A stretch of 63,822 nt of DNA, filler included, from Perkinsus olseni (taxonomy: Eukaryota): NCBI GenBank assembly GCA_013115125.1. It is 6 parts of 6 records of this genome, joined end to end, with 100 filler letters (N's around TTAATTAATTAA, not from the genome) between each part and the next. Parts side by side here need not be neighbours in the genome. Positions count along the whole stretch, not along the records: positions 21,405 to 31,991 come from JABANN010000868.1; positions 32,092 to 42,632 come from JABANN010000869.1; 4 more parts are not named here. One strand, 5' to 3'. How positions within the stretch are numbered: the first letter of the stretch is position 1; each line of letters starts with the position of its first letter. Below the pieces are notes generated by a model that saw nothing but the letters and a program-made list of their open reading frames with translations, searched no databases and was not told the origin of the DNA. Positions 22,991 to 35,500 of this stretch are shown piece by piece. The position numbers and the translations under genes were made by a program.

Positions 22991-25900
22991 CTACAACTCA
23001 TCAGACACATATCGTTCGTGACGAGCTTGGTCGACATTCAAGGTCCCGACCGCCTTCTCCCACCAGTGATTATCCTCTTCAGTTGCTAAAACGTAGGCCA
23101 CAGCCGTCCAACCGGTGAAGGGGGCGGCACCGGCAGGCTCCCCTCTATCGGGCGTGTAGTTCTCATAAATACTCTTCTTCTTCTTGAACCCATCCTCGAC
23201 AGTCTTCATGAATCCCTTCCGAATCGAATCGGCCATTTCGGTGATGGTTGAATCGTCCATGACGCTGCCGTAGTGCCACAGCGCGCCGATCGCGAGGAGG
23301 TTGATGTTACCCCATATTTTGCCGCGCCAATAGTCCTCCCCCATTCGATACAGCGGGTCTGATTTAGACAGGGAGGCCAGCCCGTAAGGCGTCATGAGCT
23401 CCTTGTTGACGACATCGATCGTGGCGAGGATGATTTGGCGATCCTCGATGGGATGGAGGAGGCCCAGGAGCAGAGGGAAGATGGTAACGTAGCCGACGTG
23501 AGGGGAGTGGACCGGCGCTGCACTGACGGTGTACTTCCGACCGAAGGCTTTGTCCTTCTTCATTCTCTCTTCCAAAGGGAGGTACCTGACGAGCGGACCG
23601 TACGCTGAAAAAGAGTTTGAGGAGGCTACCTAATGCACCCCTCGCATTCGCAGTGGTCACGACTGCCACCACACCAGCCAGATGGACTGCAGCACGGAGC
23701 ATCACTGTAGGGGTCGCACTCAATGCCGTCCATAGGAGAGCACTGCCCCCCGGCCGAGCCCCGGCTCATCCATGGCGGACGGGACAGCACCGAACTGAGG
23801 AGGAGCCTCTCCAGCTGCCTAGCCGATCGGCCACCACTCACCCCTCCTTCCCTTTTCTTTTCTCGACTATTTGCCTGCCGATAAGATCAGAGAACATCCC
23901 CTTCCCGTTGACCATCTTCGTCCTCAACAGCGACTGTAGACGCTCCTGCTCACCCTGCCAGAATCGTGTAGGCCTGCGAGTGATGAACTTCAACCACAGC
24001 CGAGATGCCGCATCGCCCTACCGCACACCGACGGCGGTACTGTTAATCTTCACCATAGTGTCCGCGAACAGCACCATCCAGGAGGTGAGGTCAACATGAC
24101 ACTCCAATCCTTCATCTAAAGCAGAACTTCCTTAGCGGTCCCGAAGAGGTCGCGATGGACTCACCCACGAGGACCCCTCGAGGGTAGTCATCCAAACCGC
24201 TGGCAAGATTATGCGCTGCCGTACGGCCGGTCCAGCGAGGGCATCTTGTGGAGGATGTCGAGAATGGAGATGCTTGTGTCTTATCGAGGAAGTCGTACCT
24301 GATCTTGTCATCACCCAAGCCAATTCACAGAGGAGACCTCACCAGCCGTCTAGATGAGGCGCCACGAGCGTCCGGAGGATCGATCCGACCGACTCCAGTG
24401 TCTCGAAGTTTTCCCTCGACTCAGCGATTATGCTCCTTATGGTGAGCAGCAGGGCGGGCGGGTTGGCAATGGTTCGATCCTGGGGTAGAAATTGTCGGGG
24501 GACCCTCGACTGCTGTCGCGGCCCGAGTGCCGCCTCCCGCGGTATCCAACCGCTTTGAGGATCTTGCATACCCAGCCACGATAAAAGTATCTAATCCGTG
24601 TTCAGCAGGGTTCAACCTAAGATACTCTCTCACCTGCAGAGCTCTGGTCGGGTCCCATTCTTCCATCAATAAAAGATGAAATCCCTCATCCCAAAGGAAC
24701 CCCCTCGGGAAAAACGATCGGCTAGGCACCATCGAAATCAGACTGCGATTCACCGGAGGGCCATCCTGACACCGAACATCCACCTTCTCCCACGACCGGG
24801 GGACTCCGCGAGACGACGGTCGGGTACGCTAAGGCCACGATTGTGTAAAATTGGCGTGACAGTCGACACCCTTTGTGCTGAAAGACGTGGCGATTATACC
24901 ATGTACAGCACGATGTATAGGGAAAGCTTCCATGGATTGGATACGTCGGGCATTAATTATGGGACATATGCCGGTTTGAGATTCGAACCCGCATCCTGTC
25001 GAGTAGGAAGCCCCTCTCTTACCTTCACGACCAATTCTCCTCGAGTGTCGGACACTCCACCAACTACACTTGCCACTGCATGATACATCTCCCTCTTCAA
25101 ATTGGGCCACAGTCTTCGCACAGCTGCGTCATATCCATCATCATCATCCGCATCACTCGACCCAATAATCTTATCAGATTCCAGTCGGACCCTCAGCGTC
25201 GCATTTTCAGCAACTTCGACCACCCAAAGGCTCAAACAGGATTGGTCCTTGCAGTCCTCGCCTCCATCCACTAGGTCAAATCCAGGCAAAATCTTGCCAT
25301 TCTTGCGTATCTTGCGTTTCCTCAACTGTATCAGCTCGGCCACGTTGAACTTCTCCGCGGAGGGCCACTTAAGTTGGTGTTGTGCTGCTTTCTCTAGACC
25401 GGAGATCTGATAATCTCCGAGGTTTCCGTCGACGTCGTCAACATAAAAATAGAATTTCTCCGTCCTGTTCGCGTAGCGATTAACGACTTGCGCATTCACT
25501 TCGATCGCTCCGCTGCGGACCCGCCAACTCGCCGAGATCGACGAGCGGAGTTTGGCATCCTCGGCAACGAACTTGCCGCTGCTGTGGCAGTGCTCAGCGT
25601 ATCGGAACGTCACTCGGGACTTTTCTGAGAAAAAACGGCCCTCAGCTGAGCGACGGCCTCCACGCAAAATACTAAGAACAGCGCACGCATGTCCACGCGA
25701 CAAATTCAGGCCCCACAGAAAGTCACGTCGGTGGTAGTCTAACTGAGCCATGCTGTCAGCGTTGGGCTTTGAGCTCAAACACTGATGACAAGCTTTGTCT
25801 TCGCACGCAATTTTCAATCGCCACGGGACGCCGCGCTCGATGGCACCGCCCTTCTGCCATGCACTACCCGGAACCTCGCATTCATAGCGAAGGTCTTTCC

Positions 25901-26629
25901 CATTAGCATCGCTCCAAAGCAGGCCCACTACAGGCGCCCTTCGAGGGTCATCTCCTTCCCATTGGCTGTGGCCAGGCGTTAAGGCAAAGAGTAGCTGTGG
26001 AATGTAGGTACCCCAGGCTCGTCCGGACAGGTACTCATCCGTGAACAGGGAACTGAATAGAGGTCTTGATCATGTTGTTCGAGCTGAATAGAGGCGTTCG
26101 AAATTCCGCAAGTAAGATTGGTCCACATAGATCTGACGGTGATGTCGCGAGTATGTCGTTCAACATCGCCCAGTGTGTGTCTATTCGTGGACCGCCTCGA
26201 AGCTGGAGACACTCTCAGACTCACTCGGACAATCGACCGCAAATACTCCTGAGTGCCCAAGGTTTTCCGCGATTGAACCCTCGTTATTCTGCCTGATGTT
26301 TTCCCGACTTTCTCACCAATCATCCACGTCGCTGTCCCGCCTGTAATTCATAACCAACGACGCAGCTTCGGACCAACGCGACCGATTCAAATTCATTACC
26401 ACTATCACAGACAGCCCATACATCATGAAAACCGCTACCCCTGACTCTCCCCTTGCTACTACTTAACATTAACGCCAACAAGCGGGGCGCTATGTAGACT
26501 CTCGAACTCCGGGACGCTGACCAGCTTCACTCGAGAGAGTATGATAATAATACCCATGCCGATGCAAAGGAGTATCCTCACCCATAGTGGGACTCGAACG
26601 CCGCCCCGCCGATGGCCCTCCCTCGTCAT
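22991..26629 (-). CDS. MOGS: Mannosyl-oligosaccharide glucosidase (ER glucosidase I, GH63), multi-exon, with an inserted Cys-rich chitin-binding-like module
   Basis: N-terminal type II TM segment. Motifs [71 protein letters not shown]-terminal SDEL. Confidence 0.92.
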
Positions 26630-26880
26630 CACAAAAACTACCTCTAACAGCACACAGCGAAAACTGGAGGAACTCGACACGTCCTTGCCCAACACACGCC
26701 CGCGGCGGCAGCGTCTCGTCGACGATGCAGTTACATGCAATAGGGGTATTTAAAAATAAGATAAAAACGAGGCAAAATAAACATGCGGTAAATACAACAG
26801 AAATCAGCTTTTTCCACTCGTAGTGAACAAAGCCAATCAACATCAATTATAAATGAGTATCAGAACGCTCAAGACTGAGC

Positions 26881-27573
26881 TCAAGCCCTACCCGATTTTC
26901 TCCTCATCTTCTCCTTCTTACGCTCGGCCCTTTGATGGTGTCGCCGGCGTGCCTCAACCCTTCCTCGCAAACTTCTACTGAACTTCATCTCCAAAATGCC
27001 CTTCAGGTCACCGAATTCGTCCTCGTCGGTGGTCGCCTCCGAACCAGCACTTTCCTCGGCCTTGACGGTTGACGCAACTGAGCCCTTACCCAACACCGTC
27101 TGCACCAAGTAAGGCTCTTCCCAAGCATCAATGCCCATCTCGTTGGCAGCCACATCGACGTATGACCGCCTTGCTGATCTTGGTCTCTCTTGCGTTTCCT
27201 CCACCATACACCACACATCGTCCTCATCAATAACTTCCCAACTCTCCAACAACTTCGCCAGCTTCCTGCGGCTGGTGGGCACAGTCTTCTCACCGGCAAC
27301 CCTCCCACACGCAAATCTCGGCGCCCTCAGACGAGCGAAATCTTCCTTCTCAACCTCGCCCGTCCCCGCAACACCGAGACAACCACGATCATCAGCCACG
27401 AACAGTCGTACCGGCACGCGACCCTTGTGGCTGCTCCTCTTAGGTCTGCTGTCAACGTCAACGTCACAATCCCATTCAGCGAAGGACGGACGACCATCGA
27501 AAGCAAGACAGAATTGACGGTACCCCAGTCCTTGCTTGGGAGGGTGAGTCGACTTGCGCTGAGCAGCGGGCAT
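26881..27573 (-). CDS. Hypothetical protein (acidic centre, basic C-terminus)
   Basis: Uninterrupted 230-aa ORF from ATG 27573, packed between two genes. Confidence 0.55.
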   Translation of the reverse strand: MPAAQRKSTHPPKQGLGYRQFCLAFDGRPSFAEWDCDVDVDSRPKRSSHKGRVPVRLFVADDRGCLGVAGTGEVEKEDFARLRAPRFACGRVAGEKTVPTSRRKLAKLLESWEVIDEDDVWCMVEETQERPRSARRSYVDVAANEMGIDAWEEPYLVQTVLGKGSVASTVKAEESAGSEATTDEDEFGDLKGILEMKFSRSLRGRVEARRRHHQRAERKKEKMRRKSGRA

Positions 27574-27763
27574 AATGTAAATTAGCAATCTAATAACTGC
27601 GTGAAGATGATAGTCCAAACTTGTCGCCCAACATGAACAGTTTCCTGCATAAAAAATGAATGTAAAAATGCAGTAGAATTAACAGCAGCCCGGCCAGCTC
27701 CGGGAGATCCAACTTTCACGTCTCGATCATTTCTCCGCTCTAGTGTTGCAGTCCGCGGGTTCT

Positions 27764-29150
27764 TCAACCGAACAGCTTCTGCAGAACCCCTGTCGCGTTG
27801 AGTACAATCCACGCTATACCAACGGCAATGCTGGCACCGCAGCTCGCGAAATACCTGAGAGCGCATCTTGAGGGCGGTCAAGAGCGAAGACGGACTGCTT
27901 GAGGATCTTACACTATCTTAACAACCCGCAAACTCCCTCCGTCGTCCACGCTTCGCGACGCGACCCGATAAGTGACTGCAACCAGCAATAAGCACGACCA
28001 AGACCGATTCAGCAACTCACCCTCGCCATAAACAGCTGCTACGATACCCATCATCATCGTTGACGCTACAAAAAACGTGCCAATATACCCGTAGGCTTCC
28101 CCGGCAGTATCGTAGTAACTACAGAATAGCTACTCCGGGGTTCAGCGGAGAATGGCCCGAACTCACGTCGCAGGGACGATCGCTAACATCCCTCCCGGGC
28201 CAGCAATCCCACCAAGTATGCCGGCGCAAAATGATACCAATGCTTGCACCTGAACGACAAGAGCATGAAGAGAGAAGACCTACGCAGAGCTCACCAGCCG
28301 GGCCCTGGTTCGACCGGCAGGTCCACGGAAGCAGAACTTCATTCGACTATCTGGTTCGGGCTCTCGTACGTCCCCGGCAAGGCTGCGAGGGGCGACAGGA
28401 TCTACCACTGGACTGGCGGGCTGAGTGCTGGCTGCTGACGCTCCTGAAAGCATTACGGGTAGTCGTTACATATCGCATTCAACCTACTCACCGACAACCT
28501 GTGTTTTATCGTCCAAGCCATCATCGAGACCCTCTTCCGCGTCTCCGACCTCGAAGTCGTGCACTAGCTCGTCATCTAGCAGCTCGAATGCGACGTTCTC
28601 GTGCATCTCTGTGCCGGCCGATCGCCATCTCCGCTGAGTTGTGCGGAGCTCGACTATCTCCGCGATCTTCTCAAGCTCAGATTTCGCCTTCAAAAGGAAG
28701 TACCTAGGAGAGAGAAAAGCTCATCGACAACTGCTGCAGACAAGCCATGCACCTACAGCCCGAACGCTAACATGAACGCACCGCTGACGTACGACGCGAT
28801 GTACCTGAATGGACGGATTTGCTGAACCAGAAAGCAGGCAGAAGTGTTCCTACGCGAAATGGTGTGTGCGAGATTCTGTCGTCTCGGCCTCAATCGTCCA
28901 GAGTAGCACAGCGACGATCGCCAGGCCCACCGAGTGGCCGACTCCCCACCGGATGCCGTACCAGAACGCCTTCCACCGCTGGCATACTGAGACGGTCTGA
29001 AGCCAACGAATGGAAGCCACGGCCGAGCAGGAGGAGACGGGAGAAGCTCGCTCGAAGGCCCACCATGATGGCCGAGATGTGGTCGGGCCCCATGAGGACA
29101 TGCAAGACGCCGGCCGCCACTGCTGCAGAAATCACATCTGTGATGGGCAT
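27764..29150 (-). CDS. NiCoT/UreH-like (nickel/cobalt transporter family) membrane protein, multi-exon
   Basis: Motifs GVLHVLMGPDHISAI, GIRWGVGHS, GGIAGPGGMLAIVPA, plus several TM helices. Last exon SIAVGIAWIVLNATG..FG* with stop at 27764-27766. Confidence 0.75.
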
Positions 29151-31249
29151 GGGAGGGCGGGCATAATCCGTGTAAATGCGCTTTCAAAACGAAGATATGC
29201 CGACAGTAACGCTCAATTGTAAAAAGCGCGCGCCCGAAAATCTTATGGGATGCTCTGTCAGACGTATTTCCGGCCATCAAGAGAGGTTGTTGAACTCATG
29301 CAGCTTGCACTTTATGGTTCATCTCATCTGAGATGGGCCATCTGGCGTTGTGTGATACCGTTGAGGCGGTGGAATAAGAATGGTTATGGGTGACGCTTTC
29401 CTGTAAAATCAGTGATTATCAACAATCACGATTTTTTAGAAGCGGCTGGGTTTGAAAGACCTCAGTGTACGTGAAGCCGAGCGCGGGTGACCGGCTAGTG
29501 GCCCCTTTAGAGTTCCTCGAGACCCTTCTAGTCGATGGCGCGTTGGGAGTCAAAATTTGTGACGCGGTGACATGAGCAGCACGCCGGCCTGTCCCGTTCA
29601 CAACGTTTGCCCGGCTCATTCAGGGTGAGTGCGCCGACCAACGTGTTCATGTAGCATTGATAAGGACATTGCACAGTAGCTGTGTGCGGGCGCACAAGAC
29701 TTGCTCGTGCACGCGTACGCACCTAGTCTTCGCGCTAAGAGATGGTACCACTTCCATCCTGCGCTGAGGAATACTCAAGAACAAGTCCGTGAGTCTGATC
29801 GTCCACGCCGCTTCAAGATTACTTGTTAATGCGAAGCACCTGCTGGCCGAGCTAGTCCGGGCCAGACTCGCTCGTAATGTTTTTCGACAGTTTTATCAAC
29901 CCTTGTCATTATGAATTGCGCGTTGCGGATCATGATTGCCATCATCTTGATAGTAATCACCAACGGTAAGGAGCACAAGCATCGCGATCCGCGCTCTTCC
30001 TCCAAGTGCCGGTGGTGCAAGGTTTGCCAAGGGGGAGCCTTCCTACCCGGGCTAGTCGTCCCTTGTACTGTTACGCTCATAGCCTGCAGTGCCGGTGCTA
30101 AAGGCCATTGCAAGAGATGCTGCAGACGAGAACCAGAGCATCACTAACCCGAGGGTGGTCTTGTCGTAGTTCATAACCTGCTAGACTCTCCGTCAGCCAT
30201 CGTCGGTTCCAAGATTGATACGTTCGAGCAGTAATGGCACAATTAGCCTCTTTTTTCTACTCGATGGTTGTCGCTGGCTTGCACGCCAATGAACATTCCC
30301 CCCTTCTTCCGCCGTCGATCTTCGTCTCAACTGCTGCTGGGACGCCATGAACGGTCCCTCGTCAGTATTGGCTCCTCACGAGCCACTGGTGGCAGCCTCA
30401 TTTCTCATTGACGGAGAAAGAAGACAACGTCAGCGCCAGCCGGAAGAGGACTGTAAGCCCTCCGAGGGCTCCTCGCGACCACCCCAGTACCCTGTGGGAG
30501 TAAGGGTCAAGTGCTCGGCATCCAGCCTCGGCCATCACTGCCAAGAATAGACGGCCTTGGGTAGATTTTTCTGGGAGATCTGGCCGCCCGTTCAACAGAT
30601 TCTTGTATACGATTGCTTCATCAGCTTGAACGGTCGTGCTGAACGGCCTCGGTCGTTGGGTAATCGGTCTATGAGACCGTGAACAGGCTCTTTTCTCATA
30701 CTTAGACGTGCACGTCCTTCTGGGTAGGCTCCGGGTACATGTTTCGAACTTGTCTATCAGCCGGATAGAGTCAGCAGTCACACTTGCACTGTCACTTCTC
30801 TGTGGCCCGGACTTCTGGGGGGTGGTTGTTTTTTTTCACGGCGCTTGGCAAGGCCTATGGCCACCACGAGGACGATGTGCTGTAAAGGCTAGCTGCTCAC
30901 TCATTGTCTTCTGCTCCAAGTGACTCAACAGATTACTTTCGTGCTTTTTCGCTGATTGCGTTATCGCCGAGTGGTGGTTCGGGTCACAAGTTATTCGGGT
31001 CATTCCCTGCCCACTTATTGCCATTATATCTGGCAAGGACTCCGCGTCGTGTTGATGTTCGGGTTAAATGGTGCTCGTGATCTCCTCCACAGCGGAGGCT
31101 CCACTGATCGGAAGTGACGAGTATGCTCACGCGACAAGAACGCGGTGTCCTCAGTAATCGGCATCATTGACAACCAAAGTCGGGGCGTAGGAAGGGTTCT
31201 TCTCCGAAACTCCTTCGCTCGGTGATATCCTCAAGGCCACGAGTTCCAC

Positions 31250-31480
31250 TATACTCATGATATTGCCCCAACAGTACTCTCAAGTACCCCTGCAGCATCG
31301 GCACATCTTCAAGTTGAACCAAGCGCTCCAAGAAAGCCACTCTGTCGGCATCACCGCACTCTCTATACGCGAGTATCGCCATGCTGACCAGGACAGCTGC
31401 CTTCCCCGAGCGGAGGGGGTATCTTTGGTCCTTACTCGACCTCTAACAGTTCCACAGCCTGCCGAGCAATCAACCGTGGT
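31250..31480 (-). pseudogene. Fragment resembling IFT144/WDR19
   Basis: IARQAVELLEVE/MAILAYRECGDADRVAFLERLVQLEDVPMLQGYLRVLLGQY parallels the IFT144 segment [39 protein letters not shown] (recalled, not searched). The flanks do not clearly continue. Confidence 0.45.
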
Positions 31481-31991
31481 TGTTGGCCTCCGTGAACGGC
31501 TACCAGCTTCAGAGGTCGGGCCTCCGGCCTCAACGTCGCAGATAGTCCTTCTTGCTGCGAGGTTGGCATTCTGAGGCCCTCTAACTCAGCGGCAGATGAA
31601 CATAGTAGTGGTGGGGCTCCACCAAAACCAAGCACTCCGAGGAGTTCAGCCAGTGAATTTTGAGATTCGTGCGTACGCGCGCGAACAGCCGCGTCTCATC
31701 TCAATCTCCAGAAGATGTGCTGGGCTGAGCTTGTCCTGACATCACTAGTAGCGGAACACTCGCCAGCTTCAGGCCATTACGGTAGGACGGTACGACGGCC
31801 TTGCCACGTCGTAGTTCTATGATGGAACTTCCTTGCCAGAATTCTCTACTCGCCTCAGCCAATCCCACTTGCGGTTGGTGCTGCGCACCGCACTATCTCT
31901 AGGAAGGGCTCCTTATTCAAGCCCAACCTACTTTTCATGAATATGCTGACGACCGCTCCGCTGCACGCAGGAACATAGCGGATTGGGCTAT

Positions 31992-32091
31992 NNNNNNNNN
32001 NNNNNNNNNNNNNNNNNNNNNNNNNNNNNNNNNNNTTAATTAATTAANNNNNNNNNNNNNNNNNNNNNNNNNNNNNNNNNNNNNNNNNNNN
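31992..32091. other. Artificial contig linker
   Basis: N44-TTAATTAATTAA-N44. Confidence 0.98.
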
Positions 32092-32102
32092 GCTCTATGC
32101 CC

Positions 32103-32238
32103 ATGTCAAACGAAATGTTTCGACATTCACAACGACTGCAAACCACGACCCACGTCGTGTCTCCCCATCTTGCGCGCTTGCGATCCTTTGACTAAAAGCG
32201 CACGCCCGTGCGTCACATTCCACATGACATTTGATGTC
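32103..32238. other. Cluster of short hairpins 3' of the RepHel gene (candidate termination signals)
   Basis: CACGAC-CCAC-GTCGTG (32144-32159), CGCACG-CC-CGTGCG (32199-32212), GACAT-TTG-ATGTC (32226-32238) and an imperfect ATGTC..GACAT (32103-32126). Confidence 0.4.
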
Positions 32239-32408
32239 GCACGAATCGAGTATTCTTATTTTTTGCTCCATCGCTCATCGGGAGTAACAATTTTCTTCTT
32301 TTCATTCTTCCATTTCTTCATTCATTACCGTCACGGTCATACTCTCCACTCTCTTGTTCCTTGCTTTATTGCAATTTCTAAATATTTTCACAAATTTCTT
32401 ACACAATA

Positions 32409-32488
32409 CAATGAAGTTTTTCTTTTTATCTCTGTTACTCGCCAACTCAATGAAGTTTTCTTTTTATCTCTGTTACTCGCCAACTCAA
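32409..32488 (+). repeat. Tandem duplication of about 39 bp
   Basis: CAATGAAGTTTT(T)CTTTTTATCTCTGTTACTCGCCAACT occurs twice. Confidence 0.85.
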
Positions 32489-32537
32489 GTCACTTTCCTC
32501 ATCATGACAACATTATTATCATTAACAGTCATGTCTT

Positions 32538-35500
32538 TCATTCTCTCTTTCCTGTAATCACTATTCTTGCATCTTCAATGCCTTCAACCGTTCTTATAAC
32601 AGCCCTTATTGCTTCATCGGTAGAAGTTGTATATAATCTCTGGTTTCCAACACCGTATGCTGCATGTTGGCAACTTCTTTCTATTTGTAGGCGTCTGTTT
32701 CTGCTCATGTTTGGTGGTAAGCGTATATATGCTACCAATGACCACGGGCGTCTATGTATAGGTTTGGTAAAAGCGCTTCCATGACCGGAATTATGCTGCT
32801 GCAATCTGTAGTATATGTTATCACTTTCCCCTATATATGTCACTTCTCCGTGCCTACTTTGTATCAAGTAAATGAAATTGCCGCTTTCCCTAGGCGGCTC
32901 CCGGTCATTCACCCTGATTGGGTAATCCATGCAAGATGTATGCATTGTCACTGCTCTTCCACCATTTCTTTCTCCGCAAAGTTTATCCATTAGCTTTTTT
33001 TCGTAAACGCTCCATTCGTCTGTTTGTCTGCATAGGCTTTGGATCGCACTGACTGCATCTGTCTTATCCCCAATTATATACAGGTCTCGTAGACGGCGCA
33101 CGCGTGATATTATCACATACCATTGTTGGCGTTGCCACAATTTCAAGTGCGATCTCTCTTGGGAGATTGCAGTGCCCAATAATAATGCTGTTTCTCCCAT
33201 CAATCGGTGGGCTGTGGTTGCAAAGTTGTGGCGCAATTCAAATTGCCATCTCCGACTATGACTCCCACGACCAGTTGATATCGTATGACTTTCTCTTCCG
33301 CACAGCGTAACTAGAGGGTAATTCGTGATAGTATTGGGATTGACGTGTCTTATATTTGGTGGTGCAATCCTCACTTTCAATTTCTTCTCTTCTTCATTTA
33401 TATCAACGACAATGCATAGTTGTCCTTGGCACCATCTGCCGTTCCTATCTACTGTCGTCATTCGCATGACGCAGTTTCTCGCTACCCGTAGTGCCCTACT
33501 TTCCGGTAGTGCTCTGTCAAGTGCTCGCTTTTCTGCTTCTGATGCTATTACCCATGAAGTTCCATTATTGTTAGTCGTTTCATCTCGGGCTTCAAAGGTG
33601 TAGCATTCATTACCATTTCGTGCTAGGCGATTCAGATAGCGCTCTATTTGCTCATCTGCCGCTTTACGGCGCCCAAAAACTCTGATACAAGCGTCTGGTA
33701 CATCGTTCCAGTCGTCGGAAAATTGACAGTTTTCTTCTATAATGCTACACACCTCTTCAATATCACTCTCACTCATTCTAGGCTCGCTCATTAGCCGGAG
33801 AACTCGTTGTAAGTTTGCATCACCATCGCTTCGCACCAATTCTCTCATACGAAACACTTGGAAGTTCATTATGAGTGTGGGATCTATTGTAAGTCTGTGT
33901 CCTGTAATTGGTGGAAGTTGTCTGAAATCACCAGAAGCAACTAGTAATATATTTCCATATGGCTCACTCCGGTGCTTCACATGCCGCAAGATGATATCAA
34001 GTATATGGTATTGCTCCGCACTTATCGTGAATAATTCATCAATAATCAAAGCGTCGCATCTCTGTAAGTCCACTATCAGCGACGGTTTTCGACATAGTCG
34101 TTGCAATGCTTTGTAAGCTGCTTGTTCCGCCGTCATCGCGTATTTTCCTTCCTCCACAACCAATTGGAATAAAACGTGTAGATGCCTCCCTCCGACGCTT
34201 ATTGCGCGTTCGGAACTCAGTGCACTTGTCAGTGGGTTTAACCCACGAGCTAACAACTCCAAACATATCTTCTTCAATACGAAGCTCTTTCCGCATCCAG
34301 GAAGTCCTTCGAGTAGTATATGAGGAGTGAAGTGTTGCGCATTTTGTGCTTCCAATAAGCTTATTATTCTCTTTACTTCTCTTAAGATCCTGTTCTGCTC
34401 GTCAATTGATGCAACGCTTTGGCTTGCGGTGCCCAAAATTTCGTTCGCCCATCTAAGGGGACTTCCCACAGTCGCGTTCGCGAAATTTTCCGCTGTCGGG
34501 CACTGTACGTCTCCTGCGGCAGTATCTTGCAACATGCATTTCGCTATACGCAGCCGTCGTTCTCTATTTCTCTCTTCCCAATCTTCAACAGCCAATGTAC
34601 GTAAAATATGTTCTTCTGTAACAGGCACTTCTTCATAGGGAATTCTTCCTTCTATTAATAATCCTCGCAAAATGCGATACGCACCTTTCAAGTTGAGATC
34701 GAACACTCTCGTCCCTCCACTGGGGTTAAATTTCAAGTCGTTCACAGTATAAAATCTGACTATATCCTCGACCGCTGCTTCTCTGTTTTCCGCCCCACCA
34801 TCAATCAAATTTCCTGTTATAAACGCTTCAGTCATATTTCCATTCTCAAACAAGTCTAATTCAGTAACATATCGTCCTTGCGTAAATAAAATGTGACACA
34901 ACAGCGCCATCACACTATTACTCCTTGGCATGCTCATAACCACTATAGCTTTTTTCCTCCGCTTTTCATCATAATCTACATACCGTCTTTTGAATTCTTC
35001 TGAACACTCATCGTCTTGTATTACCCGTAGTATTGTACTATATATTTCATATGCCAACGGTTCAGCAGAGTTTATCGCTTCCATCATCACGTCATCTAGT
35101 GCATCAGCTCTGATTCGCCATTGTTTACCTATTGCATCAATCCAAGGGCACTCTTCCAGATCTTCTTCAACAAGCATTTGGCCATCTCTAACATTCTTCC
35201 AAACCAAACATTCAAAAAATTTCCTCGGCGAATCGATAAATCGCAGTTCTGGAGCACGTAGTTGAAAGAGAGTAAAATTATCCATACCGCACTCAGATGA
35301 CATTCTATCTCTGTATAATATACGCTGATTGTAGGTGAAACGCCTTTCCAATGGTAAATTCAATACATTTTCTCTGTTATCAAACGCATCATATTCTTCC
35401 AAGCGTTGCTCCTTGCAATGCCGAACGACGCCTATTCTCTGCGCTAACGGTTTTGTGGTACACTCCACAAAGTTTTCATCCGTCAGTATATAACCAATTT

